64,000 nucleotides of DNA from an uncultured Cryomorphaceae bacterium (GCA_964487545.1 CAZARI010000002.1:65755-129754); one strand, 5' to 3'; counted from the stretch's first letter, positions 36,357 to 47,900 are shown. A program made the numbers and translations. Notes: a model not told the origin generated them from the sequence alone.

Positions 36357-38363
36357 ATGAACAACATGATGAACGCTAATATTCCCGAAGGTCCGATAGA
36401 TAAAAAGTGGACAAACCACAAAAACAATATCCGCTTGGTGAACCCCGCCAACAAAAGGAACATTGATATTATCGTGGTCGGCACCGGACTTGCCGGCGCC
36501 TCGGCAGCAGCCTCGCTGGCAGAAATGGGCTACAAGGTAAAAGCATTCTGTTATCAGGACAGCCCCCGACGTGCTCACTCCATTGCGGCACAAGGGGGAA
36601 TCAATGCAGCAAAAAACTATCAAAATGACGGAGACAGCATTTATCGCCTGTTTTATGATACCGTTAAAGGGGGCGACTACCGGGCGCGTGAAGCCAATGT
36701 TCACCGGCTCTCCGAAGTGTCTGGAAATATAATTGACCAGTGTGTGGCGCAGGGTGTGCCGTTTGCACGCGAGTATGGCGGGTTGCTCGATAATCGGTCT
36801 TTTGGCGGAGTTCAGGTCTCCAGAACTTTTTATGCCAAAGGACAAACGGGGCAGCAATTGCTGCTCGGAGCCTATTCTGCCTTGTCGCGCCAGATTGGAA
36901 AAGGTCAGGTGCAGATGTATAATCGCCACGAAATGCTCGATTTGGTATTGGTTGGTGGTAAGGCGCGAGGAATTATTGCTCGAAACTTGGTAACCGGCGA
37001 AGTGGAGCGGCATTCAGCCCACGCAGTGTTGCTATGTACTGGCGGATACGGAAACGTGTTTTTCCTCTCTACCAATGCAATGGGAAGTAATGCCACGGCG
37101 GCATGGAAAGCACACAAACGCGGAGCTTATTTTGCAAATCCGTGCTTTACACAAATCCACCCCACCTGCATTCCGGTGTCAGGAAACTACCAATCTAAAC
37201 TGACGCTGATGTCAGAATCACTCCGAAACGATGGCCGAATTTGGGTGCCGAAAAACAAAGAAGACGCCGAGGCAATCCGTCAAGGCAAGAAAAGCCCGCT
37301 GGATATTCCTGACGAAGCCCGGGATTTTTACCTCGAAAGAAGATATCCGGCTTTTGGAAACTTGGTGCCACGCGATGTTGCCTCACGGGCGGCAAAAGAA
37401 CGATGCGATGCCGGCTTTGGGGTAAATGCAACCGGAGAGGCAGTGTATCTCGACTTTTCATACGCAATCACCCGATATGGAAAAGAGCAAGCCCATGTGC
37501 GGGGCTTAAATGCCGATGACCCAGCCGTTGTGCGATCACTCGGAAAAGAAGTGGTTGCTAACAAATACGGCAACCTGTTTCAGATGTACGAAAAAATTAC
37601 CGACGACAATCCGTACGAGGTGCCGATGAAAATATACCCCGCTGTGCATTATACCATGGGTGGACTTTGGGTGGATTACAACCTGATGACATCCATTCCC
37701 GGATGTTATGCGCTGGGTGAGGCTAATTTTAGCGACCACGGCGCCAACCGACTCGGTGCTTCTGCGCTGATGCAGGGACTGGCAGATGGTTATTTTGTGA
37801 TTCCATACACCGTAGGAGATTACCTTGCGGACGACATTCGAACTGGGCAAATTCCAAACGATTTGCCGGAGTTTATTGCCGCCGAAAAAGAAGTCAAAGA
37901 CAGACTCAATCAGCTCCTCAACAACAAAGGGACTAAGGCGGTTGATTACTTCCACAAAAAGCTGGGCCGAATTATGTGGAATAAATGTGGAATGGCCCGA
38001 AACGCTACTAAATTACAAGAAGCGATCGTTGAGATTCAGGAACTGCGAAATGAGTTTTGGCGAGATGTTAGAGTGCCCGGAGCAACCACTGAACTGAATC
38101 CCGAACTCGAAAAAGCTGGCCGCGTGGCCGACTATTTAGAACTCGGCGAACTGATGTGTCGCGACGCGCTAAACCGAGCGGAATCATGTGGAGGTCACTT
38201 CCGCGAAGAGTCTCAAACCGAAGATGGAGAAGCATTGCGCCACGATGCAGAATTTGCCTACGTCGCAGCGTGGAAATCGAATGGAGAGCCCAAAGATGCT
38301 GAGATGTTGAAAGAACCACTGGTTTTTGAAAACATCGAACTGAAACAAAGAAGCTACAAATAA
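36357..38363 (+). CDS. sdhA: Succinate dehydrogenase/fumarate reductase flavoprotein subunit
   Basis: 668 aa. FAD-binding '[18 protein letters not shown]', '[14 protein letters not shown]' and '[10 protein letters not shown]'. Confidence 0.95.
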   Translation: MNNMMNANIPEGPIDKKWTNHKNNIRLVNPANKRNIDIIVVGTGLAGASAAASLAEMGYKVKAFCYQDSPRRAHSIAAQGGINAAKNYQNDGDSIYRLFYDTVKGGDYRAREANVHRLSEVSGNIIDQCVAQGVPFAREYGGLLDNRSFGGVQVSRTFYAKGQTGQQLLLGAYSALSRQIGKGQVQMYNRHEMLDLVLVGGKARGIIARNLVTGEVERHSAHAVLLCTGGYGNVFFLSTNAMGSNATAAWKAHKRGAYFANPCFTQIHPTCIPVSGNYQSKLTLMSESLRNDGRIWVPKNKEDAEAIRQGKKSPLDIPDEARDFYLERRYPAFGNLVPRDVASRAAKERCDAGFGVNATGEAVYLDFSYAITRYGKEQAHVRGLNADDPAVVRSLGKEVVANKYGNLFQMYEKITDDNPYEVPMKIYPAVHYTMGGLWVDYNLMTSIPGCYALGEANFSDHGANRLGASALMQGLADGYFVIPYTVGDYLADDIRTGQIPNDLPEFIAAEKEVKDRLNQLLNNKGTKAVDYFHKKLGRIMWNKCGMARNATKLQEAIVEIQELRNEFWRDVRVPGATTELNPELEKAGRVADYLELGELMCRDALNRAESCGGHFREESQTEDGEALRHDAEFAYVAAWKSNGEPKDAEMLKEPLVFENIELKQRSYK

Positions 38364-38370
38364 GTCTGTT

Positions 38371-39120
38371 ATGGATTTAACACTAAAAGTTTGGAGGCAG
38401 AAAAATGCCTCAACCAAAGGCGAAATGAAAACATACGAAGCCAAAGGGGTTTCGCCCGATCAGTCTTTTCTGGAAATGCTTGATGTATTGAACGATGAGC
38501 TGGTAGAAAAGGGAGATGACCCCATTGCCTTTGATCACGATTGCCGGGAAGGAATATGCGGAACCTGCAGCCTTTATATCGACGGTCGTCCGCATGGACC
38601 CGGACGTGAAATAACGACTTGCCAATTACACATGCGCTCGTTTAAGGATGGCGATACCATCTATATCGAACCGTGGCGCGCAAAGGCATTTCCAGTCATT
38701 AAGGACCTGGTGGTTGATCGTTCAGCGTTTGACAGGATTGTTCAGGCCGGAGGATTCGTGTCGGTTAACACCAGTGGAAATACCATTGATGCCAATGCCA
38801 TTCCAGTACCCAAAGCCGACGCCGATAAATCTTTTGATGCAGCCGCGTGTATTGGATGTGGCGCCTGTGTTGCAGCGTGTAAAAACTCGTCGGCTGTTCT
38901 TTTTGTTTCTGCCAAGGTTTCTCAACTTGCCTTGCTGCCTCAGGGACGCCCGGAGGCGAGGGAGCGTGTATTGAATATGGTGAAGCAGATGGACGACGAA
39001 GGGTTTGGAAACTGCTCAAATACGGGCGCTTGCGAAGTGGAGTGCCCCAAAGGGATTTCACTCGAGAACATTGCCCGCATGAACCGTGAATTTATCGGTG
39101 CCAATATTTCTAAGGAGTAG
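38371..39120 (+). CDS. sdhB: Succinate dehydrogenase/fumarate reductase iron-sulfur subunit
   Basis: 249 aa. Cluster motifs '[10 protein letters not shown]', '[11 protein letters not shown]' and '[12 protein letters not shown]'. Confidence 0.95.
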   Translation: MDLTLKVWRQKNASTKGEMKTYEAKGVSPDQSFLEMLDVLNDELVEKGDDPIAFDHDCREGICGTCSLYIDGRPHGPGREITTCQLHMRSFKDGDTIYIEPWRAKAFPVIKDLVVDRSAFDRIVQAGGFVSVNTSGNTIDANAIPVPKADADKSFDAAACIGCGACVAACKNSSAVLFVSAKVSQLALLPQGRPEARERVLNMVKQMDDEGFGNCSNTGACEVECPKGISLENIARMNREFIGANISKE

Positions 39121-39142
39121 ATTAGCCATTCGGCTTTTTATC

Positions 39143-39172
39143 AAAGGTCGGGTGTGATGTCCGACCTTTTTT
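39143..39172 (+). terminator. Rho-independent terminator after sdhB
   Basis: Stem AAAGGTCGG/CCGACCTTT (9 bp), 9-nt loop, then a T-run. Confidence 0.75.
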
Positions 39173-39188
39173 CATCTTATCATAGCAC

Positions 39189-40337
39189 ATGATGAAACCA
39201 ATTTCCAAACTGGACAACACCGGAAACTCTATCTTTTCAGTAATGTCCGCATTGGCTGGAAAGCACCAGGCCCTGAATTTATCGCAAGGATTTCCCGATT
39301 TTCCTGTAGATCCCGAATTGATTGAGCTTGTAAATAAGGCCATGAAAGACGATCACAATCAATATCCGCCAATGCCGGGAGTTCAAGGATTGCGAGATAT
39401 CATTGTGCATCAGGCCAACGCACGCTACGGTTGTGCACTCAACGCCGATTCGGATATCACCATTACCGCTGGGGCCACTCAAGCCATATTTACCGCCATT
39501 GTTGCGACCGTTCATCCAGCCGATGAGGTGATCATTTTTACCCCTGCCTACGATTGTTATCGGCCGGCAATTGAACTTTGCGGGGCGAAAACGATAACCG
39601 TTCCGCTGGTGGCTCCGGATTTTTCTCCCGACTGGCAAAAATTGCAGGACGCCATTTCGCCCAAAACCAGAATGATCATTGTCAACACGCCGCACAACCC
39701 CAGCGGCACTTTATTTACACGCGATCATTGGAACCAACTGGCTGAAATGATTCGCGAAACGGATATTTTAATTCTGAGCGACGAGGTATACGAACACATC
39801 GTTTTTGACGGAAATAGACATTGTAGCGTACTGGCGGTTGAAGACCTGCGCGACCGTTGCTTTGTAGTGGCCTCGTTTGGAAAAACTTTTCACGTCACCG
39901 GATGGAAGATGGGATATTGCCTGGCTTCACCCAACCTGATGCAGGAGTTCAAGAAATGTCATCAATACATCGTTTTTACCAGTCACTCACCAACGCAGCA
40001 TGCATTGGCAGAATACATGGAAAACACAGAAAGAATGGATCAGTTGGGGGCGTTTTATCAGCACAAGCGCGATGTCTTTTTGAAAAGTATTACGGGCTCA
40101 AAGTTCACCTTTTCACCCGCTGGCGGCACCTATTTCCAGTTGTTGAATTATCGCGAAATCTCAGATGAGCACGACGTTGATTTTGCACAAAGGCTGACCA
40201 AAGAAAATGGCATCTCGTCAATTCCCATTTCTGTGTTTAATGAAGACGGCCGAAACGAATATTATCTGCGGTTTTGTTTTGCCAAAAATGACGAGACCCT
40301 GACCAAAGCTGGTGACATTTTAAAGCAAATAAGCTGA
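39189..40337 (+). CDS. Class I/II PLP aminotransferase (methionine/glutamine transaminase, YbdL-like)
   Basis: 382 aa. 'LNLSQGFPDF', 'NTPHNPSG' and PLP-lysine region 'SFGKTFHVTGWKMGY'. Confidence 0.85.
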   Translation: MMKPISKLDNTGNSIFSVMSALAGKHQALNLSQGFPDFPVDPELIELVNKAMKDDHNQYPPMPGVQGLRDIIVHQANARYGCALNADSDITITAGATQAIFTAIVATVHPADEVIIFTPAYDCYRPAIELCGAKTITVPLVAPDFSPDWQKLQDAISPKTRMIIVNTPHNPSGTLFTRDHWNQLAEMIRETDILILSDEVYEHIVFDGNRHCSVLAVEDLRDRCFVVASFGKTFHVTGWKMGYCLASPNLMQEFKKCHQYIVFTSHSPTQHALAEYMENTERMDQLGAFYQHKRDVFLKSITGSKFTFSPAGGTYFQLLNYREISDEHDVDFAQRLTKENGISSIPISVFNEDGRNEYYLRFCFAKNDETLTKAGDILKQIS

Positions 40338-41116
40338 TGAAACAGGAACTGAAAGTGGTGGGAATTCAGTCCACGCTGCACTGGCACGACCCGCTGGCCA
40401 ATCATCGGCTGTTTTCCGAGTGGCTGGAAAAAGCTCCTGTGGCCGATTTGTACATACTACCCGAAATGTTTTCTACCGGTTTTTCGATGGAGGCGGCCAA
40501 AATAGCCGAACCCATGAACGGCTCTACGCATGCTTGGATGCAAAAGGAGGCGGAAAAACGGAACGCGGTGATTTGCGGCAGCATGGTGATTGAAGAAAAC
40601 AACCGATATGTCAACCGAATGATGTGGGTTACTCCCGATAAACAAACCAGCTGGTACGACAAGCGACATTGTTTCACCATGGCTGGCGAGCATCATCATT
40701 TCAGCCCCGGCGATCGGCGGGTAATTGTCAACCTCAAAGGGTGGCGTATTTTGCTGCAGATATGTTACGATCTGCGTTTTCCGGTGTGGAGCCGAAATTC
40801 CGGAGATTATGACGCGGCGCTTTACGTATCCTGCTGGCCTGCTCCGCGAACCACTGCCTGGAGCAAACTGCTGCAAGCTCGCGCCATCGAAAATCAGAGT
40901 TATGTAGTAGGGGTCAACCGTGTGGGGCCCGACGGACAGGGCTTAATTTACGAAGGGGCCTCTGCTATCATCGATGCAAAAGGAGAGGTGATTTCTTCTC
41001 TGGAGAATGGCGAAGAAGGCTTTGTTCAGGCAAAACTCAATGCCAAAGAGCTGGAAATGTTCCGAAAGAAATTTCCTGTTCTCAACGACCGCGACAACTT
41101 TGAAATAAAGGTCTAA
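40337..41116 (+). CDS. Carbon-nitrogen hydrolase family amidohydrolase (omega-amidase, YafV-like)
   Basis: 259 aa. Catalytic-triad context 'LYILPEMFSTGF' (Glu) and 'LLQICYDLRFPVW' (Cys). The start shares 1 nt with the aminotransferase stop (TGATG). Confidence 0.85.
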   Translation: MKQELKVVGIQSTLHWHDPLANHRLFSEWLEKAPVADLYILPEMFSTGFSMEAAKIAEPMNGSTHAWMQKEAEKRNAVICGSMVIEENNRYVNRMMWVTPDKQTSWYDKRHCFTMAGEHHHFSPGDRRVIVNLKGWRILLQICYDLRFPVWSRNSGDYDAALYVSCWPAPRTTAWSKLLQARAIENQSYVVGVNRVGPDGQGLIYEGASAIIDAKGEVISSLENGEEGFVQAKLNAKELEMFRKKFPVLNDRDNFEIKV

Positions 41117-42723
41117 TCTCCGGTTAGATCCCAAGTCAATTCCATGTCCCAGTTGGAGCGAATTTGTATGCTGTTGGTGTAAACAACCACAGGTTCAGGT
41201 TGTCGGCTTTCTGCCACACTGCCGGTGTCCCATTTGCCGTTACCGTTCAGATCGTATATTACCCGCATTGAATAAGTGGCGGGGTCCATTCGATTAAAGG
41301 TAATTACCCCCGATGTTTTCGGCTGAACCTCCTTAATCACTTCCCCGCGATCGCTGAGCAGTTGCAGAATGATATTCTGTCGCTCATCATATCTCAGATC
41401 GAATTGCAGGTTGCCAAAATAGCGTTCCTCGCGCATCCGAACCGACTTTTTGAGCGTGTCGTTGGTCATCTCGAAAACATCAAAAAAAGTACTGTCAGGA
41501 ATAATCACTTCATATGTTTCGCCGGGTTCCCAAGGGTGGTGAAGTTCAAATTTTCGAATCGATGTGCTGCTCCAATTAAAGTCAACTTCAACCGAATCGC
41601 GGAACAGCGAAATGCGCGATGTGTCAACGAGGGTTGCCGGGTGGTTCAACTCAAATCGCATGGGGCGGTATGGATTGAAATTAAATAGCAGGTTGTCATT
41701 GATGGTTAACTGCGGATCTGCATCGTTTCTGCGCTTAATTAAATTCCACCGAAGGGTGTCTTGAAAACCCGATTGATCTGAGACCAGTACCCGAATATTT
41801 TCCAGTTCGGGAAAACTTTTCCTGTTGGGAAACCAAGCCGTAACCGTGTCACCCACTGTGCCCTGTTCGAAGATAATGTTGTATTCATCATCCAGCGGAC
41901 GCAATTGCACGCTGTCTGCCGGCCGATGGAAGTACAGTTGAAGTTGGCCGTAGTGCATCTCTTTGCGCTCGTCAATATATTGCGTGGTATCTTCTTCGTG
42001 AAACAAATACAGTTGTTGCTGAATGTTGGTGGTGTCGGGTGGCCCCGGAATAATCTCTGAATCGATAAACCCAATCATTTCTGCCGGCGCATTGTATTGA
42101 TAATTGCTGTTTTCGTCGCCGATCGCATACAGATGATACGTGCCAGGACGGATGAAATTAATTTCAAACTCGCCGTTTTTACTGGTCTTAGTGAAGTAGT
42201 CTGGACGTCCTTTTGTCAGCGTGGTGTCAGTGAAATTGCTGTAAAGCACCACGAGCACGTCGTTTGCTGGCGTTTGATCAAAAGCATCGATGGCCAGTCC
42301 GCGCACCTGCAGCGAATCCAAATAACTTCCGGTAGAGAATACATATTGCAGCCCGCTCAACTTATTGCCTTCGGTGAGGTCTACCACGGCGTCGCCGAAG
42401 TTGATGACATAGGTGGTTTCATCCTGAAGCGGACTATTGAGATCGATGAAGAGCCTTTTGCCTTTCATCCGGAACGAAGGCCGCTTTTCCATAGCTGGAT
42501 TGATGACCAATTGCGTGCCGATGTTTCGGAGCTGGATGAATTCGTCAAACTCCAAAATGATTCGCGTAGCGGTAAAATCCGTACTAAAATTTTCCGGGGT
42601 AGATTTCAACAATACCGGTGGTTCAACATCTCGATCGCCTCCCGTTGGCGGTTTCATTTGTGCACAAGCGGTCATCAATAGGGCCACAGTAATAAAGCTT
42701 ACAAACAACTTAAAATACTTCAT
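41113..42723 (-). CDS. Ig-like-domain lipoprotein of unknown function
   Basis: 536 aa. Lipoprotein signal 'FITVALLMTAC', then 'PPTGGDRDVEPPVLLKSTPENFSTDF...ILEFDEFIQL', typical of a conserved Bacteroidota Ig-like lipoprotein family. Confidence 0.65.
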   Translation of the reverse strand: MKYFKLFVSFITVALLMTACAQMKPPTGGDRDVEPPVLLKSTPENFSTDFTATRIILEFDEFIQLRNIGTQLVINPAMEKRPSFRMKGKRLFIDLNSPLQDETTYVINFGDAVVDLTEGNKLSGLQYVFSTGSYLDSLQVRGLAIDAFDQTPANDVLVVLYSNFTDTTLTKGRPDYFTKTSKNGEFEINFIRPGTYHLYAIGDENSNYQYNAPAEMIGFIDSEIIPGPPDTTNIQQQLYLFHEEDTTQYIDERKEMHYGQLQLYFHRPADSVQLRPLDDEYNIIFEQGTVGDTVTAWFPNRKSFPELENIRVLVSDQSGFQDTLRWNLIKRRNDADPQLTINDNLLFNFNPYRPMRFELNHPATLVDTSRISLFRDSVEVDFNWSSTSIRKFELHHPWEPGETYEVIIPDSTFFDVFEMTNDTLKKSVRMREERYFGNLQFDLRYDERQNIILQLLSDRGEVIKEVQPKTSGVITFNRMDPATYSMRVIYDLNGNGKWDTGSVAESRQPEPVVVYTNSIQIRSNWDMELTWDLTGD

Positions 42724-43238
42724 TAAAGCAGGGTTGTGATGTAAGTGGCCAGTTTTTCGAGATATTGTCGGTCTGTTTCGTCAAAAGTATTTCGCTCGGT
42801 GTGGTCGACATCGAGGACCATAGCAACCTCGCCTGCTTTATCAAAAACAGGGACAACAATTTCGGAAGCCGAATGCGGGTCGCAGGCAATGTGTCCGGGA
42901 AAATCGTGCACGTCGGGCACCAGTTGGGTTTCTGCCTGCTTCCAGCAATGGCCGCAAACCCCTTTTCCGTAGCCGATGCGCACGCAGGCCGGAGTACCCT
43001 GAAAAGGCCCCACAACCAGTTCATCACCCCAAACAAGATAGAAGCCAATCCAGTAATAACCGAGCTGTTGCCGAAGCACAGCCGTGATATTGGCCAGATT
43101 GGCAATCAGATCGGATTCTTCGGATGTGATGCCTTCAATTTGTTGCAGACTGTGCTGATACCGCTGGATTTTATTCAAAACATCATTTTGCGTCAAAGAT
43201 AACCACATCACGCGTTTATTCGGCGCAGGCCGCAACAC
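42723..43238 (-). CDS. GAF-domain protein (free methionine-R-sulfoxide reductase-like)
   Basis: 171 aa. 'WIGFYLV..DELVVGPFQGTPACVRIGYGKGVCG...VPDVHDFPGHIACD..SASEIVVPV' matches the fRMsr/YebR pattern, including the conserved Cys residues. Confidence 0.8.
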   Translation of the reverse strand: MLRPAPNKRVMWLSLTQNDVLNKIQRYQHSLQQIEGITSEESDLIANLANITAVLRQQLGYYWIGFYLVWGDELVVGPFQGTPACVRIGYGKGVCGHCWKQAETQLVPDVHDFPGHIACDPHSASEIVVPVFDKAGEVAMVLDVDHTERNTFDETDRQYLEKLATYITTLL

Positions 43239-43911
43239 AAATGCTTACATCGATTTTTGCCGACTGCACCGTGTCGATACAGCTCGCGAGCGTAGAGCCG
43301 GTCGTCACCACATCATCTACCAGCAGCACGTGTTGGCAGGGCGAATCAAATGCTTTGAGTTCAAAAACACCCTTAACGTTTTTGTAGCGATCAAATCTCG
43401 ATTTTTTGGTTTGCGTAGCCGTGTTGATGTTACGCGCTAACGTGGTGATGTCGAGTGGTATTCCGGCCGATTCAGCAATGCCCTTTGCAATCGCCTCACT
43501 TTGATTGAACCCCCTAAGTTTGAGCTTTTTTGGGTGGAGCGGAACAGGAATAACGCGGTCTATTTGCGCAAATCGCTCGCTGTGTTTTATTCGGTTGCCA
43601 AGCATGTGTCCCAGTATCACCCCTACCTCATAACCTCCATGATATTTGAGCTGGTGCATTAGCCGTTGCACGCGATTGCCTTTGTTAAAGTAGAACAGTG
43701 CTGTGCCTGCTTTAAGATTGGTTTTGCCCCAGAACAATTTCTCTACCGGATTGTTGGCATACTTATGAAAATCGGTAAAGGGCAGGGCCGAAAGACAATA
43801 GGTACAAATCATCGATTCACCATGAACCATGGCCTCTCCACAGGCTGGACAGCAATTCGGGAACAATATCGAAAGCAATTCACTAAACACGGTTGAAAGT
43901 TGGTTAAACAC
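43216..43911 (-). CDS. comF: ComF family protein (phosphoribosyltransferase domain)
   Basis: 231 aa. N-terminal zinc-ribbon cysteines 'CCPACGE...CTYC' and C-terminal PRT motif 'VLLVDDVVTTGSTL'. Confidence 0.85.
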   Translation of the reverse strand: MFNQLSTVFSELLSILFPNCCPACGEAMVHGESMICTYCLSALPFTDFHKYANNPVEKLFWGKTNLKAGTALFYFNKGNRVQRLMHQLKYHGGYEVGVILGHMLGNRIKHSERFAQIDRVIPVPLHPKKLKLRGFNQSEAIAKGIAESAGIPLDITTLARNINTATQTKKSRFDRYKNVKGVFELKAFDSPCQHVLLVDDVVTTGSTLASCIDTVQSAKIDVSICVAACAE

Positions 43912-43979
43912 TGCCAGCAGGTAGTGATAAATTGATGTTAATTTAGCAATTTCGCAGTTAAATCTTGTAATTTAGAAAT

Positions 43980-44936
43980 ATGAGCACAACGCCACCCAAG
44001 CCGCCAATACCGTCAAATGAGTCATCTGGAAAGGCAGACAAGGATAACAGCAACAATCGTTTGCTGATTATTTTGATCGTTGTTCTGGCAGTGGTTAGCA
44101 TTGTGCTGGGCTATTTTTTATTGACCAAAACCCAGGAGGTAGATGTTCAGTCTACTGAGATTCTGGAGCTGGAAAATGAATCGCTCACCTTGCGGAATGA
44201 TCTTCAGGAAATGCTCATTCAGTATGATACAGTGACGGTCAACAATGAACAAATGCAGGTTGAAATAGCAGCACAGCAGGAGCAAATTCGCGAGTTGCTT
44301 AAGCAAGCGGATAAGCATAAGGACGACGCGTGGATTATCCACAAGTTGAAAAAGGAAGCCAGTACCCTGCGCACCGTTATGAAAGGCTACTTGGTTACCA
44401 TCGACTCGCTCAACACCTTAAACATTAGTCTGCGTCTGGATCGCGACAGCCTGAATCAAGCGCTTTCATCCGTTACACAAGCCAAGAGTCAGCTCGAAAC
44501 CAGAACTTCAGACCTCGAAGGCGTTATTGCTAAAGGCTCGGTGCTTCCTACGCGCGATCTGGTGGCAGAAGCCATCCGTATTCGAGGAAGTGGAAAACAG
44601 TCTTCAACCAATCGGGCATCCCGGGCCGAAATGATTAAAGTTTGTGGGGTGATTGGTGAGAATATAATCACCAAACGCGGAAAGAAAACCCTTTATCTGC
44701 GATTAATTAGTCCGGAGGCGATGGTGCTGGAAGGCTCCACCGGCGAGCCGCAAACCTTCAGATTTGATGGCGTATCGGGGGTTTATAGCGTGAAGCGCGA
44801 AATCGATTACAATAACGAAGATCAGGATGTTTGCATATACTACACCGTGAACAGTGAGCTTCCCACCGGTCAGTACATTGCCGAGGTATACGAGTCCGAA
44901 ACCCTTATCGGAACCGCTACTTTTGATTTGCGCTAA
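43980..44936 (+). CDS. Membrane-anchored coiled-coil protein of unknown function
   Basis: 318 aa. Pro/Ser-rich N-terminus, a single TM 'LLIILIVVLAVVSIVLGYFLL', about 150 aa of heptad-like sequence, then a C-terminal beta-rich domain. Confidence 0.6.
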   Translation: MSTTPPKPPIPSNESSGKADKDNSNNRLLIILIVVLAVVSIVLGYFLLTKTQEVDVQSTEILELENESLTLRNDLQEMLIQYDTVTVNNEQMQVEIAAQQEQIRELLKQADKHKDDAWIIHKLKKEASTLRTVMKGYLVTIDSLNTLNISLRLDRDSLNQALSSVTQAKSQLETRTSDLEGVIAKGSVLPTRDLVAEAIRIRGSGKQSSTNRASRAEMIKVCGVIGENIITKRGKKTLYLRLISPEAMVLEGSTGEPQTFRFDGVSGVYSVKREIDYNNEDQDVCIYYTVNSELPTGQYIAEVYESETLIGTATFDLR

Positions 44937-47900
44937 TCAGAAGTATGCCCTGAGCTGAACGCCTCCGCTATGAACGGCATTTAACTCTTCGGATTTACGT
45001 CCGTTGTAGCTGAGGTTGAGCTGAATGTTTTTGCCCAGTGTGCGCTGATAAGAAACAGACCAAGTGAAATTAGTGCCCGCACGTAATCCTTCAAGCATTT
45101 CGTAGGTCAACGATGAGTTGCCAGCTCCTGAAAACCGAATGTTCACCATATTAACCTGTGCCAACAAACTCCCTTTCGACACCTGATTGTAACGCAGCTC
45201 AACTCCCAGATCCTGTAGTATGGCTTTTTCGCCACCAAGGTCGGCGTCGTTGTCCTTTTCGGTAAATCTGAATTTTAACGTGCCGCGCAGCGATGTGTTG
45301 GGCTGGTAACTCACTGAAGGTTCAATTTCGTTGTAGTTTATTTTGTAATTCCGTCCGGATAGGAAGTCGGATGAATTGCTTCTTTCTCCTTGCTCTCCCC
45401 GCAATATCACCCCAAAAACCCTGCTGATGTTGTAGCGCACCTTAACCTCATTCAAGCTCGTGTTTCGAGAATCGAAGCCGTTAGTGAGCAGCGACTTTCC
45501 GGAGTTACGGCCAAAAGTGTAATCCACGCCGTACTTTGAGTGTGAGCGGTTGAAAAACACCGTATTTCTCAATGCCGTATTGGCAGAAATTAGCGCCGTG
45601 TCGGCCAGTTCGGTAATAAACGGGTTAAAACGATCCATTCCGGTTTCTCCGCGTGTCTTGCGATCAATTCTAAACGCCAGTTGATCGGAAACTTTTGACA
45701 GTAATTTCAGCACCCCTCTTTTGTTTCCCCAAATGGCGACCGGATTCCAGTTTATAGAGTGGCTGTATTGATTAGTAAAAGCGCGTACATAATTATCCGT
45801 GGGCGTGAAAATTCGGAGATAGCGGTTTCCATCTTCGGGCCGGGCCAGCTCAAATTCATTAAGTTCTTGTACGTTGTTTCCGTTGTAGTCGATCCAGGTG
45901 TACGGCCCCTGTCCGGTTGGGTCATGCACATAAATAAATTCACGGGCACGCTCCAGCCCCGAACCGATTTCATAATACAGGTTCATGTTTAATGCTCCTT
46001 TCAACACACGCATATCATAATTGATGTTGCCCAGCAGCGTGTTTTCGGGTTCGCTGATAGCGGTTTCTTCATTCAACACTTTCATTTGCCGGTGCACAAT
46101 CCGACTGCGTAACTGATGTCTGGGATCCTTTGAATAAGCCAGTTCCACGCCATACTGCTCTGCAAATTCAGAGCTGACCAGATCGTTTTGGTAGCTTCGT
46201 CGGTCGGTGCGTTGAGAATAAAACACACGGTATCCGAAAAACGAGGTGTCGGGATTGCCGATGTATACTTCCCACTCGTGAAAAGCATAGCTGTTGGCTG
46301 CCATCGAGTCGCTGCCGGTATAAGAAAAGGTGTTTTTTTCGAGCTCATCAACATATCCCACATTGAACCATTTGAATTTTTTGATGGCTGTTGTACGGTG
46401 TCGGTCAAAGCGCGTGTCGATATTTCCTGAGCTGCGAAGAATACTCCCCTGAAAATCCAGGAAATATCGTTTGTAGTCGAGATTAGCACTGATCTGATTT
46501 TTCAACCCCTCAAATGCGTTCACCGCATTAAACGATTCGAGTTGGTAATCCAGGCGGAAAATATCGCGTTTTTCTATTCCTACACCTGCCAATGCACGGT
46601 GTTGATTGCTCTTTTGATCGAGGTCGGTAATATTCCAATCGCGGTCAAATTCAACCGCCCGAAAGCGTTCGATGGGTTCAAATCTAGATTCTACGAGTTC
46701 GTATCGTGCAATGGTGTTGATATACAGTGGGTGCTGGTCGTTTTTTGGTTGCAGGTTGTTGCGGTTGTCCCAAGTGATCAGCGCTGCAACACCCGTGTTT
46801 TCATCGTTGTCAATCGTAGAAAAGGTGTTGAGGTCGCTGTTTGATGCGGCCAGCTCAATACCCAATGAAGTCTCGGGAGCAATTTTCCAACGACCACCGG
46901 CAGCAATCAATTGTTTCTTTTTTGGCGTCACCAAAAGAATAACCGGTTCAAACCGACCATTGCGCACAACCTGACCACCAACCGTATCCGGAGCCATCCA
47001 TTTAAATATCCGTCCGGTTGCACCAAACCCATCTTGCAAATAGTCTCCGTTGCCTTGCCCAACATTAGAAAAGGAAAGCTGGTATTGCGCAGTTTCGGGA
47101 TCGGTAGAATAAACAAAAACACTGTCGTAGCCCAAACTGTCGGTCATCATATACAGTATTTGCTCGTTGTTGAATGCCACGCTGTCGATGGCGGGAACCA
47201 CTGCCGATTGAATATCGTTGCCGATGGTGGAGAGAAAGCTTCGGTCGGCCTGGGTGAGATCCTGCTGCAATGATTGATTTTTTGAATCTTGCTCCGAATA
47301 AACGTTCAGATATACATCGTATTTCTCGGCGTTAATCCCGGTGGCCAACTGAACCATGGTTCGGGTAAAGTTGCGCTCAGAATACTGAAACTCTACGGTA
47401 ATTCTGCGGTCTTTTGTGATGAGCTGATTGGGCGTGAAGATAAGCTCGGCCGAGTTGTAATCGATGATATAGTCGTTTTCCTGTCCGCGCTGCATAAGCC
47501 GGCCGTCGATATAAACGCGTTCGGTGCCGGCCAAAACGATGATGAATTCTTCCCCCTCAGCGCCCCTTAATCGGTAAGGCCCTTGGTTTCCTTCGGTGCC
47601 GATGATGACTTGGCGGCTCCACTTTCCTTTGGAGACGGCAGCGCTGGCTTGCAAATAAATTTGATTGTTTTCGGCCGATGGATCGCGTGATTTATCCAGC
47701 AATTGCCGGGTTTCGAATGAGCCACCCTGCGCACGTTTAAAGTAATTCATAAAATGACCGGGTGGCTTGTGAAGCTGAAAATCGCCGACGGTCAGCCGGT
47801 TTTTATCGTCGAACAACTGGATATATACCTGATCGAAATCTTGTAATTGTGCGGTGTTTCCTTCGGGTTGAATGGGAATGTTATTGTCTGTTACCGATGC

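Noticed and set aside
36192-37013. 273-aa minus-strand ORF across the sdhC/sdhA junction. There are similar long antisense ORFs at 21024-21596, 24234-24728, 26245-26739, 42097-42681, 60507-61127, 62108-62710 and 63620-64000.
   Set aside because: Each lies entirely antisense to a gene with unambiguous catalytic motifs (sdhA, sufS, sufB, thiL, the Ig-like lipoprotein, S41 peptidase, prs, pth). Their translations are compositionally odd (rich in R, C and H), with no motifs. They are shadow ORFs.
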